A stretch of DNA of 11,757 bases from Amoeboradix gromovi X-113 (GCA_018985225.1 JADGIF010000284.1:1-11757), one strand, 5' to 3'; positions 1-9,209 are shown, counted from the stretch's first letter. A program made the numbers and translations. Notes: a model not told the origin generated them from the letters alone.

Positions 1-191
1 TTATTTTTGAAATTTCGATACAAAAAGTTATTTATTTTCCTTTTATACTCGTCAACTAGCTGAATGTCCACTCGCCTCTTAAATCCATAACATTAATAAA
101 GCTGAAATAATGTTCCAAGTTGTTATAGAAAGTTAGTCCAGTTTTTAAATTTGATGTCTCAAATGTTTTTTAACCCTTGCCAAACAATAGA

Positions 192-2783
192 ATGAGTGCT
201 CCAAATTCTATGTTACTGGAAGTGAAAACAATGGATATACCACAAGTAGCGCCTTGGATGTTTTCAAGATTAGTTACATTGAAAAGGTATCCACATGCCG
301 AAGAATTGCTAGAGTTGTTTAACTTGTTCTTTCAATCTTGCGTGCACCTAAAGCACTTGTTCTTTATTAAAGAAGGAATATATCGTATCAAAGGTATTTG
401 TATGAATACAAATGATTATACATTACTAAACTCTGTCTGTGATACTTTGGTGGACATCATAAAGGTTGATAAAAACTCTCAACCTCTGAACTCATCTCCT
501 GTAAAACTGAGCAGCATTCCCTATTTAAACATTAGTACTGTCGATTCTAGTATTAAATTCAAATGGGAAAGTATACGATTGATCTTAGACCTTTTAAAAT
601 TTAAAAATCATTCTGTTTACATAAAGGCATTTGAGTTTTGTGTAGAATATAAAAAGACAAGAGAAGCGCTAAGACTATCATATGATATATTAAGGAACAA
701 GCAACATTTGATGCAGCTGGGATATCAGCCATACTTTGAACTGCAATTAGCCCATTTGAGTGCGTTATACAAATTAGACCTTTCACAACAAGCATTAGGT
801 GTTGCTAGTGATATCACGTCAACACTTCTCAATAGCAATGATGGGTTTTGCGGTGTTAGTCTGAAGTTATTTGCCAAAGATTTACTGCAAGACCAAATGC
901 AACAGCAGCAAGATATATCATCATTGGTAACTGATTCTTACATCTCTAATCATGTTTTATTCGATTTAGTTTGTCAATTTTACACCATCTTAGCAAATGA
1001 TTCAATTTTAGGCCCATACTCAAACTATAAATTGTTTTTATTAAAGCAATTTAAAGATAAATTTTCCGCGACTACTCAAGATCTCAAGCCTTTAATTTTT
1101 ACAATCATTAAACAATTAATTTCTACATCTCACATTGATTCTCGCCACCGTCAATCATTTTGGCCATTTTTAGGCTATTCGACTTCTCCTTCTAATGTGG
1201 ACATGTTATACACATTAGTAAATGTTCATTCCGACTATCTCTCACCTGAATCCACGAAATTAATCCATTTTTATCTCCATTCCCCGCCACATTTATTAAT
1301 CTCCAACATTACTTCAATCATTCCTATTTCCGATTGCGAACTTTTCAAGTCTCTAAAAGCTCATGCTATCAAAGCTATAAGCGGTTTCTACTCCAGTATA
1401 TCGTACTCTAAATTGCTGAAATGGCTTTTAATTTCGGATGAATTTGAATTAGATGATTTGCTGATTAAATCAGGATACAAGATTGATAAATGTACTAATC
1501 TACTTTATTTTAACTTACCTTCAATTGATCTATGTGATTGCTATAGGGAATTAACTTTAATATCCTCTGCACTTAAACCTCGGGTCGCTGAGCCAATTTT
1601 AAATGTTGCAGATGATTCTGTCTTAGTGAATGAATTTGCAGAGCTAGCCCGTAATATTGATGTCTTTAGACAAGAGAGAAATGAGTTATCTAAGAAATTA
1701 TTCAAAGAGCAAGAAATAAAACGCAATTTGGAATTAAACCAGTTTACAAACGAAAGAGAACGAAAAGATGATGAATTCCAAAAGATAAAGCTAGAAGAGA
1801 TTGAGCAAAAGAACAAAGAGAATTTGGAAAAGGAGCAGAAGTTTAATATCAGTAAACAACTAGAATCAAATGGAATTGTAGTGGCACAAGTTGTGATTGA
1901 TAATAAGCAAGTTAAGGGAAACAAATCCTTGAACAGTTTACCTATTGACCACGTCAAGTTGCTTAAAGATTACGAGTTAAATAAATTACAACAAGAGCGA
2001 AACGATAACGCTGCAAAGTTTGCAAAGCAGGTAGATTATCTAGAGAGAGCTTTGAGATTAGAGAACAAGTCTTACATCAATAAGAATGGTATTCCTTCTA
2101 CCAGCGGTAGGGTTAACGATTTAAAGTTGGTGCTAGAGTCAAGAGCAGTAAAAAAGGGAAAGATTCAAAATATATTAAATGCTCATGAAGACGCCATATT
2201 GGAGTTTAAATCAAGATTACAAAATACGTACATTGTTGAAAACGACGAAGCCAAACTCAAATTTGACCAAGAGCAAACAGAGGCCGCTACGGATGTCTTA
2301 AAAGAGTTAAAACTGAATATATCAAAGGCAAAGCAAGAGCTAGAGGAATTACGACAAAAAGAGATAATGAGAAACAGCGTCGAACCTAGCCAAGTGCAAA
2401 TTCCAGAAATCGATAGAGCCGACAAGGACGACCATTGGAGAAGACAGCCAGCGCAGCCGTTGCAGACTAAAGAAAATAACCAAAAAGCCACTTTAATGGA
2501 TAAGTATGTACCACCAGTGAACAGCTACTCTCAGTCTCCAGGTATGGCTTCTAATAAAGCCATTCCACCAACAGTAGCTGCTTCTGGTAAGTATGTACCA
2601 CCGTCTGCAAAAACAAGCTCCATGGGTAGGTCCGCACCATCTGCTATGGGCAGGTTTCCACCATCTAATAGAAGTACATCTCAAGCGCCAAGACCATCAA
2701 CAGGAAATCATTGGAAGCCGGGCGACAAAAAGGATGATAAGAAGGATGATGATCGTTGGAGTACTGTTCGCAGAGGTAAGTAA
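192..2783 (+). CDS. TIF32: Eukaryotic translation initiation factor 3 subunit A (eIF3a/Tif32), divergent
   Basis: The ORF track starts at TTG 177; the first ATG is at 192. eIF3a-like motifs: 'FFQSCVHLK..IKEGIYRIKGICMNTN', 'KFKWESIRLILDLLK..AFEFCVEYKKTREALRL', a PCI-like 'FYSSISYSKL', a long charged coiled coil with 'KQVDYLERALRLE', two 'KYVPP' motifs, and a C-terminal 'DDDRWSTVRR' resembling the WTTVRR end of animal eIF3a. Confidence 0.88.
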   Translation: MSAPNSMLLEVKTMDIPQVAPWMFSRLVTLKRYPHAEELLELFNLFFQSCVHLKHLFFIKEGIYRIKGICMNTNDYTLLNSVCDTLVDIIKVDKNSQPLNSSPVKLSSIPYLNISTVDSSIKFKWESIRLILDLLKFKNHSVYIKAFEFCVEYKKTREALRLSYDILRNKQHLMQLGYQPYFELQLAHLSALYKLDLSQQALGVASDITSTLLNSNDGFCGVSLKLFAKDLLQDQMQQQQDISSLVTDSYISNHVLFDLVCQFYTILANDSILGPYSNYKLFLLKQFKDKFSATTQDLKPLIFTIIKQLISTSHIDSRHRQSFWPFLGYSTSPSNVDMLYTLVNVHSDYLSPESTKLIHFYLHSPPHLLISNITSIIPISDCELFKSLKAHAIKAISGFYSSISYSKLLKWLLISDEFELDDLLIKSGYKIDKCTNLLYFNLPSIDLCDCYRELTLISSALKPRVAEPILNVADDSVLVNEFAELARNIDVFRQERNELSKKLFKEQEIKRNLELNQFTNERERKDDEFQKIKLEEIEQKNKENLEKEQKFNISKQLESNGIVVAQVVIDNKQVKGNKSLNSLPIDHVKLLKDYELNKLQQERNDNAAKFAKQVDYLERALRLENKSYINKNGIPSTSGRVNDLKLVLESRAVKKGKIQNILNAHEDAILEFKSRLQNTYIVENDEAKLKFDQEQTEAATDVLKELKLNISKAKQELEELRQKEIMRNSVEPSQVQIPEIDRADKDDHWRRQPAQPLQTKENNQKATLMDKYVPPVNSYSQSPGMASNKAIPPTVAASGKYVPPSAKTSSMGRSAPSAMGRFPPSNRSTSQAPRPSTGNHWKPGDKKDDKKDDDRWSTVRRGK

Positions 2784-3051
2784 ATCACTATTTAAGTTAG
2801 AATTTGGGACGCACTTCATAAATTTTTGCTGCGATGCTCTCATAAATCAAGAGTATTTTATTTGTAATTTATTAACTCTTGAAAAATTCGGACTTTTCTT
2901 AATTCTTAATAGAATTCTTCTCTCATTTTGGACATATTAACTGGGCCATATGAGACACCCGAAAGGTTGGTCATCTCAAAGCTCACTTTGCTTTCACCCT
3001 CCTAGTCTTTTTTATATGCAAGTTGCATTTGCCTCTTTCAATTTCCCCTAA

Positions 3052-3855
3052 ATGTTTAAAATTGCGCAGGTAGAGAATTTGAGTGATTTGGGAACAGCCA
3101 AAAACATGGTGTTTGTAGGTGGATTGAGTACTAGTTTATTGGTTAAAAAAGAAGGTGACACTATAGAACCAACGATGCTAGATTATGGTATTACTAGTGG
3201 AGCTATTACGGCAGAAAAGTTGTATTTTGCAAACTTGGACCATGAGGTACACGAGCTAGATTTAAAAACATTACAAAAAACTAAGATAGGTGTTCATGAC
3301 TATTTAATAACACAAATGATAAACACGCCATATGGTTTGGTGACATTGGCTTTAGATAAAAAAATTAAACTAGACAACAAGCACACTATCACAGTAAATG
3401 AGACACCCTTAAGAATGACTTACAAGGACAATAACTTGGATATAGCATTAATGGATAAAACAAGAATTACATATGATATGAGACATCTAGATAAACCATT
3501 GGACACCAATATGGTAGGATTGAAGTATATGGTAAGAGATATGATACACCATAAGACAGATATCGCATATAGCAGCATTGAAGGTAGAGTACAATGCAGT
3601 GAATCATTTGCATTTAAATGTCACAGAAAAAAGGTAGGAAATCGAGAATACATATATCCCGTGCATGCTCTATCTAGTGCAAATGGTCTTTTGGTTACTG
3701 GGGGATCTGACGGGTTTATTTGTTATTGGGACGTTGAAAAAAGAAAAAGATCAAAAATTACAGATATAGGTGGATCCATTTATCGAATGACTACATTCGG
3801 AGATGAATTAGCAATTGGTACAGAGGAAGGTAAAGTAGTTACTGTTCCCGTTTAA
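3052..3855 (+). CDS. BUB3: Spindle checkpoint WD40 protein Bub3 (Bub3/Rae1 family), shortened (267 aa)
   Basis: 'LKYMVRDM', 'SSIEGRV', 'FAFKCHR', 'IYPVHAL' and 'TGGSDGFICYWD..KRKR'. SSIEGRV, YPV and TGGSDG fit Bub3 better than Rae1 (GSIEGR, TAGSDG). Confidence 0.85.
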   Translation: MFKIAQVENLSDLGTAKNMVFVGGLSTSLLVKKEGDTIEPTMLDYGITSGAITAEKLYFANLDHEVHELDLKTLQKTKIGVHDYLITQMINTPYGLVTLALDKKIKLDNKHTITVNETPLRMTYKDNNLDIALMDKTRITYDMRHLDKPLDTNMVGLKYMVRDMIHHKTDIAYSSIEGRVQCSESFAFKCHRKKVGNREYIYPVHALSSANGLLVTGGSDGFICYWDVEKRKRSKITDIGGSIYRMTTFGDELAIGTEEGKVVTVPV

Positions 3856-3858
3856 TAA

Positions 3859-5070
3859 ATGATTATTTTACATATTTCGAGGCCGTCTCATATGCGTTTG
3901 CGAGACAAAAAATCAAGATTTGAAGTAACCCAAAATGAAAGCTTACAGTACGTTAAATTGAAATCAACCAATGGGAGTGTGTTGAAAACATTTAGTAAAA
4001 GAGGGAAAACAAATGTTGGGCACTTGGTAAATCCCCCAACAAGATATAAGTTTGATCATACTGTAAAGTTGGACTCAATTGTGGAGGAAGGAATAGAAAA
4101 CTCGCCTGTTGACTGGAATGAGCTAAAGAGAAAAGCACAGGAGTCTCGAAATCTCTTGATGGAGCACATGAACGGAAGCAAACTTTCAGTCTGTAAAGAA
4201 AAAATAGATAAAGTAAAAGGTTGCGTATCAAGAAGCAACAAAAGAGCTAGCAAATTATTTGCGAGTAAAACGAACACCAAAAATAAAGAAAATGACCTGA
4301 ACCAGAGTAAAGACATCAAGAAGTTACACAGAAGTAATTTGATTCCATTGCAAGACAAGTCAAACATTTTAAAGATGTCAGATCTTACATGTACTAGTCC
4401 AACTCCCACAGAAGTACATCCAATTGACAACTGTATATTGGGAAGCAAGTGCTACGAAGCTGCGAGTTACCTGGAGTTACATGATAGCCCTCCAGAATAC
4501 CTGAAGGTATTGCCATTTAATTTGCTTCTTCCAGATTCAAAATTTGCCTCTTTTGTTGAAATTTCTAAGGTTAGACCAGAAACACCAATATGCGATTCAG
4601 TTCTAGACAAAGCAGACGTGCATCACATTCCTCAGCACAAAAAACCGCCGCCAGATGTTCCAAGTACACAATATAACACCATTATGTTATTGGATAACTT
4701 ATTGCAGGTTGAAAAATCTACAACAGTAAAAGAGTGCAAAACTCCACCAAATACCAAATTGCTCTTAAACTCAGGTTCTTCTATAGATTACGGTTCTAGT
4801 GGTGATATGGACTCTCCCATTCTTCTAAAGATGAAAAGTACCATCAACAAATTACCTAGCATAATCAACTCTGCTGCAAAAATGTCAAAAAAACTAAAAC
4901 CAATCAATTGCTCTCTGATTAAGTTTAGAAAACCTAAATCTAGAAACGGAATCTCTTATAGAACCTGGAAAAAAGATATTCTATTAGCAGCACCACCCAT
5001 TTACGATTGTACAAACCGTAAAAAGTGTAAAATTGACTTATCCCACTTGATCATGGTAAAATACAATTAA
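3859..5070 (+). CDS. Hypothetical Lys/Ser/Pro-rich protein, probably largely disordered
   Basis: 403-codon open frame in AT-rich DNA with no recognisable domain. The listed ATG is only 3 bp after the Bub3 stop, so the ATG at 3892 (MRLRDKK) is an alternative start. Confidence 0.7.
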   Translation: MIILHISRPSHMRLRDKKSRFEVTQNESLQYVKLKSTNGSVLKTFSKRGKTNVGHLVNPPTRYKFDHTVKLDSIVEEGIENSPVDWNELKRKAQESRNLLMEHMNGSKLSVCKEKIDKVKGCVSRSNKRASKLFASKTNTKNKENDLNQSKDIKKLHRSNLIPLQDKSNILKMSDLTCTSPTPTEVHPIDNCILGSKCYEAASYLELHDSPPEYLKVLPFNLLLPDSKFASFVEISKVRPETPICDSVLDKADVHHIPQHKKPPPDVPSTQYNTIMLLDNLLQVEKSTTVKECKTPPNTKLLLNSGSSIDYGSSGDMDSPILLKMKSTINKLPSIINSAAKMSKKLKPINCSLIKFRKPKSRNGISYRTWKKDILLAAPPIYDCTNRKKCKIDLSHLIMVKYN

Positions 5071-5621
5071 CCATTCTATTTCAATAAAATATTTATCGCA
5101 GTAACATGAATTTGAATTATTCCAATAGACCTTTTTAAAATTTTCAATTGAATAAAACTAGGTTAATCCGTTTTTCATCTTTAGCAAGCATTTTCGTGTC
5201 TTCGCCAGAATATTTCAAGTTCAAGTACAAAAACAAGCGATGGGGTTCTCTATTTTAATTTTAGAAACTATTTATCCTGACTAGATGAACTATGTCACTC
5301 TAATCTGCTCTCTTTCCTAGACTCTTCTAATCGGTTATAACAGTGTACTCAGAAACTTGTCAAAAATGAAGAGGAAGTGCAGATAGAAAAGAAAGTAGTT
5401 GCTGAATCATAATTAAGCGTTTAGTAGTCAACTGTACACAAATTTCTGCACTCTGAAGATACCAGTTTGGAGACAAATTCTTGAGAGATATGAATCTCTA
5501 TTCAATCGCAGTCCAGGATACTGTAGGCAGTTGACTGGCATGTAAGTCTATCTGCAGAGGTTCTTGATTATCCAGGACACAATACTTGAACCATCTAGAT
5601 ACTGTTTAAAAGTAAATTCAT

Positions 5622-6605
5622 TTATTTTAGCTTTGTTTTTATTATGGTGTCGTTAACAATGTAAGCAACTGTATTTTGGTCTGTGTGTGACCAACTTGCA
5701 CAGCATATTGGCGCTTCGCATGATATTACTGCCAATGGATTACTCTCATATTTCTCTAAGTGATTAAACCGTTGAGGCATTTTTTGCATATTTGCCAGTT
5801 CTGGATAACTCGCGTCTAATGAAAAATCGCATACTAGTAGCTTTGAATCATCTCCACAGCTAAGTATTCTATCGCTATTATAACACCATTGTGCATCATT
5901 TATCGAATCGGTATGATATCTCAATTGTGTCACAGGAACAGAAGGGTATCTTTTATCGATAATCAGTATTTCGTTGTTTACTGCTGGTACAGCTAGAATA
6001 TAGTTGGGATCGATGATATTCCAATCCACTTTTAACAAAGGCACCTCGTTGGGTACTTCATAAATAATTGTCAGACTACGCATATCGAACATTCTAATGG
6101 AACCATCTGCACCGCAAGTAGCAAATGTGTCTCTGCTGTTGGCGCAAAAGCTGACATCTAATATTTCCTTGTCATGTATTATAACAGTGGATTTAGCCTG
6201 ACCAACAGTTAAATCCCAAACAGCACAAGTGGTGTTTATTGAAGCTGTCACTATCATCGAAGGATCGATAACATTCCAATCCATAGAAGACAAAGGAATA
6301 TTTACACCAAAAGATGCCTGATGGCTAGCATCATCTCCACTATAAATATTCAAGCAAGAAGAGGTAGTAGCAAATAGATCAGACACACCGTTTCCCATGT
6401 ATGGAGACCACTGCAATTTAGTGATTGGGTATCGAATGGGTATTCTGAAGTATTCATGCCACATATCGGTGCAATCCAGTATAATTATCTCGTTCTCACA
6501 AGATATGTTTGAGGTAGCAGCCGCTAGTTTTGAAGATTTACGAGAGAAATCCAAACCAAACATTGGTTGTTTGACATGGAAATGAGCAGATTTAAAATCA
6601 AACAT
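5622..6605 (-). CDS. DCAF7: DCAF7/WDR68/AN11-family WD40 scaffold protein
   Basis: 'YPITKLQWSP', 'PLSSMDWNVIDPSMIVTASINTTCAVWDL', 'IIHDKEILDV', 'FATCGADGSIRMFDMRSL-TIIYE' and 'PLLKVDWNIIDPNY' follow the DCAF7/AN11 consensus. Confidence 0.92.
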   Translation of the reverse strand: MFDFKSAHFHVKQPMFGLDFSRKSSKLAAATSNISCENEIIILDCTDMWHEYFRIPIRYPITKLQWSPYMGNGVSDLFATTSSCLNIYSGDDASHQASFGVNIPLSSMDWNVIDPSMIVTASINTTCAVWDLTVGQAKSTVIIHDKEILDVSFCANSRDTFATCGADGSIRMFDMRSLTIIYEVPNEVPLLKVDWNIIDPNYILAVPAVNNEILIIDKRYPSVPVTQLRYHTDSINDAQWCYNSDRILSCGDDSKLLVCDFSLDASYPELANMQKMPQRFNHLEKYESNPLAVISCEAPICCASWSHTDQNTVAYIVNDTIIKTKLK

Positions 6606-6730
6606 GTTTTTCGAATCAATTCTTGTTTCAGAATCAAAAGATAATTGCGAACCATAGCATCAAACTTGGGTAGAAAATTAAAGGACATACTGGTTTTCAA
6701 TAATACAATAATTGTAAAAGAAATTTACTT

Positions 6731-7132
6731 CTATCTTTTTACCATTAATGGCTTCTTAGCAAAATGCTCTTTTAAGCGAGTAATCATTTTGTTAACTGCT
6801 AATTCTTCCCAGCGCGATTCTTTGAATAATAAAAATTGCTTAAACTCCTGATAATTGCTTAATTCTAGTTCTAAATTTAGCTTAATGATCCAATAATGAG
6901 TTACTGACAAAGCCTCCAAATACTGTCCCTCTGCATATTTAATTTCTGGTATATTGTATTCTGGTATTCTAATTACCAACTTTGATCCATTGTTATCTAA
7001 AACTTGCTCAACTTGATAAGATCTAGGTTTGAGCATAGCAGATAACGATCTTATTTTTGAAATAAAATCTGCTCTTTTCTTAGCTAACTCTTGAAATGAC
7101 GTTATCAAGTAATATTCCTCCAAATTATACAT
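6731..7132 (-). CDS. Hypothetical small helical protein
   Basis: 133-aa ATG-initiated ORF filling the gap between DCTN5 and DCAF7 on the same strand. No family recognised. Confidence 0.6.
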   Translation of the reverse strand: MYNLEEYYLITSFQELAKKRADFISKIRSLSAMLKPRSYQVEQVLDNNGSKLVIRIPEYNIPEIKYAEGQYLEALSVTHYWIIKLNLELELSNYQEFKQFLLFKESRWEELAVNKMITRLKEHFAKKPLMVKR

Positions 7133-7215
7133 TGATTTCTATTATTCTGTAACTTTGCATCAAAGACGACAAGAAACAATTTAAAAGCTTGAATTTTAAG
7201 CATTTATTTTATCGT

Positions 7216-7767
7216 TCACTTGGGAACGAAATATTGATACTTAGTCTTCAAATAAAATTCGAATTCGCTCGCAAAGTTAGGATTTAGCCTTCCAGTAATT
7301 CTACCTGGATTTCCTTCAACTATAGAAAATGGCGGTATGACAACGTTTGCTGGAATTACGCAGTTGTTCATAATCAAGCAGCAATCTTTTACGATTACCG
7401 AATTGTCTATAATACAGTTTTGTCCGATTTTAACATAGTTACCAATCGTAGAGGCTTTAATTATACTAGTTTTCTGAAATTCTACAAATGATCCGCACTT
7501 TAACGGATAATATTTAAATAAATTCCCAGAATTTTGATAAGGTGGCACGATTAAGCAGTCTTGCATTATAAACACGTATTTTCCTAGAATTATTGACGGC
7601 ACATTCTTCTTTGTGCCTCTTAGATCGCCTCTTATCGTTACATCATCCAGAATAACGCAATTGCCTCCAAATGCAATAAAGTCTGATCCTGTGATCTTTG
7701 ACTTTCTGCTTACTTTGTTCCCTGAAGTAGTTATTATGTATTGGGATGGCTCAAATCTAGTTAACAT
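7216..7767 (-). CDS. DCTN5: Dynactin subunit 5 (p25), left-handed beta-helix
   Basis: 'YIITTSGNKVSRKS', 'IRGDL', 'YPLKCGSFV', 'IGNYVKIGQNCII..VIVKDCC' and 'VIPPFSIVEGNPG' match p25 motifs and hexapeptide repeats; the length is typical. Confidence 0.95.
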   Translation of the reverse strand: MLTRFEPSQYIITTSGNKVSRKSKITGSDFIAFGGNCVILDDVTIRGDLRGTKKNVPSIILGKYVFIMQDCLIVPPYQNSGNLFKYYPLKCGSFVEFQKTSIIKASTIGNYVKIGQNCIIDNSVIVKDCCLIMNNCVIPANVVIPPFSIVEGNPGRITGRLNPNFASEFEFYLKTKYQYFVPK

Positions 7768-7838
7768 TGTGATGCTCCAAGAAAACTGGACGGAAGGAGA
7801 ATAAAAGGGGATGGCAAGAAGAAAACTTATCTGATTTA

Positions 7839-7863
7839 CACCGTTGAAGATTTAAAATGTCAA
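7839..7863 (+). repeat. Left terminal inverted repeat
   Basis: CACCGTTGAAGATTTAAAATGTCAA. Confidence 0.95.
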
Positions 7864-7974
7864 CAAAATTTGAAATAAATATATTTCAAAATATATTTGG
7901 AAAAATATTCTAACAGAATATATTCTTAAAAATTGTTAAGCGTGTCTCACAACCACTAACTCTAATCTATATCT

Positions 7975-9209
7975 ATGGTCAAGAAGTTTATCTCATGGTA
8001 GTGGCGCAGCCACGTGGCGTTTGGCCACTATGATAGGTACAGCTGTGCGAAGCACTAAACCGTACTTTCAATGTGTCAAAACGAGCCTCAAGAGCGTAGT
8101 GAAGAGTACCGTGGTCACCGAGAAGCCGACCGATGCAGCCCTCCTAGCTGGTCGCATCATGACCCATACGCTCCAGTTCATGAAGCTGTATTTCATCTAC
8201 TGTTATGATAACGGTCAGCCATTACCAAACCTTGATAGATCTTTTGTGACCGCAGTCATGAAGACCCTCTGTCAGGAGCCTACAAGCGGCAGACCTCCAA
8301 GAGCTGAAACTCAACAGGCTGAAGCGGTTCTGGCTGAGTTCTATGAGGATCATTATGAGCCTATCATGCAGGACACTCTCAACTACAGGCACCTGAACAC
8401 TGTACTAGACTACATGTCAACGGATGTGATCACGATGTACGAAAACAATATCAAGCAGCGCTTCTGTTCCTATCTCGAGAGATTTGTAAACGTTTCACTA
8501 CAGAAGAAAGAGATGACCAATACTCTCTGTCGTGAGCTGCGCAAAGTAAAGAACGATATCCTCAGTGCGAATGACCCTAAAAAATCAGATGCACAGTATC
8601 ACGCCTGGATTGACGAGAAAAGTGTGAGAATCATGCCGCAACGAGAGCTTAGGGAAGACAGTGTGTACTACGATATACAGTGTAGGCCTCAAGACTACCT
8701 ACCTCTGATGGTGTATATGATGAAAGCAGTAGAAGCAACTGGCAACACTATCAGTGATGTCTTTCCTCTGAGAAGCCAGCTTATACCTAAACAATTTCGC
8801 TTAGACACCACATCTCTGGTTTACTTACTGTTCACGAACGAGAATGGTAAGCGAACTAAGACAACGCTTGGAGACTGGGAGTAAAGGCAGAAAGAAGATT
8901 CAAGGAGCCAGTAAAAGGAAAAGGATTTCGTAATCTTTTTTGTAGAGCACGCTACAAGTTGTATCTAGGAGATGAGTTCAGAACTAGTTGTAGATGTAGC
9001 GGTGAGCATGATGTCTGCTCTACATTCAGAGAGGTAGACAACCCCAAACCATTCAGAGAGGGGCGTATCCTACGTCACGGTCTAGTCAAGTGTAAGACTT
9101 GTTCAAGGCTGTGGAACAGAGATACAAATGCCTCTAGTAATATTTGGAAGTAGCTAAGAACGCCATATTAGGTCTCGCAAGACCGGCTTACCATCAACGA
9201 GCTCATTAA
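7975..9209 (+). pseudogene. Fanzor1 (eukaryotic TnpB/Cas12-like RNA-guided endonuclease) pseudogene
   Basis: The N-terminal part (ORF 8021-8884) has Fanzor1-type motifs 'FQCVKTSLKSV', 'HTLQFMKLY', 'TMYENNIKQ' and 'VFPLRSQLIPKQFRLDTTSL'. It then reads 'LGDWE*' (TAA 8882-8884), with a frameshift at ~8885-8895 into 'FKEPVKGKGFRNLF..YKLYLGDEFRTSCRCS..HGLVKCKTC..WNRDTNASSNIWK' (RuvC-II, zinc ribbon, RuvC-III). A further frameshift at ~9148-9150 gives 'VAKNAILGLARPAYHQRAH*' (TAA 9207-9209). The RuvC-I DPG motif and bridge helix are absent. The probable original start is ATG 7975 (MVKK), now out of frame. Confidence 0.88.

Noticed and set aside
601-2684. Minus-strand ORFs 601-795, 1541-1957, 2183-2491 and 2493-2684
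   Set aside because: Antisense shadows of the eIF3a coding region; the Ser/Phe/Leu bias mirrors the Glu/Lys-rich sense strand.
3992-4448. Minus-strand ORFs 3992-4231 and 4056-4448
   Set aside because: Fully nested antisense to the 403-aa ORF, with no motifs.
5453-5476. CTGAAGA followed by a small stem, resembling a hammerhead ribozyme core
   Set aside because: The required GAAA is GACA here, and I found no convincing stems I and III.
5281-5480. Protein-like plus-strand frame interrupted by TAA/TAG, suggesting stop-codon reassignment
   Set aside because: Conserved genes in this window end properly at TAA and have no internal TAA/TAG; the frame is also broken by TGA.
6397-7804. Short plus-strand ORFs 6397-6585, 6645-6851 and 7613-7804
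   Set aside because: Antisense to DCAF7, the 133-aa ORF and DCTN5; short and featureless.
8959-9153. 64-aa ORF as an independent zinc-finger gene
   Set aside because: It is the frameshifted C-terminal fragment of the Fanzor gene; similarity continues upstream of its TTG start and downstream of its stop.
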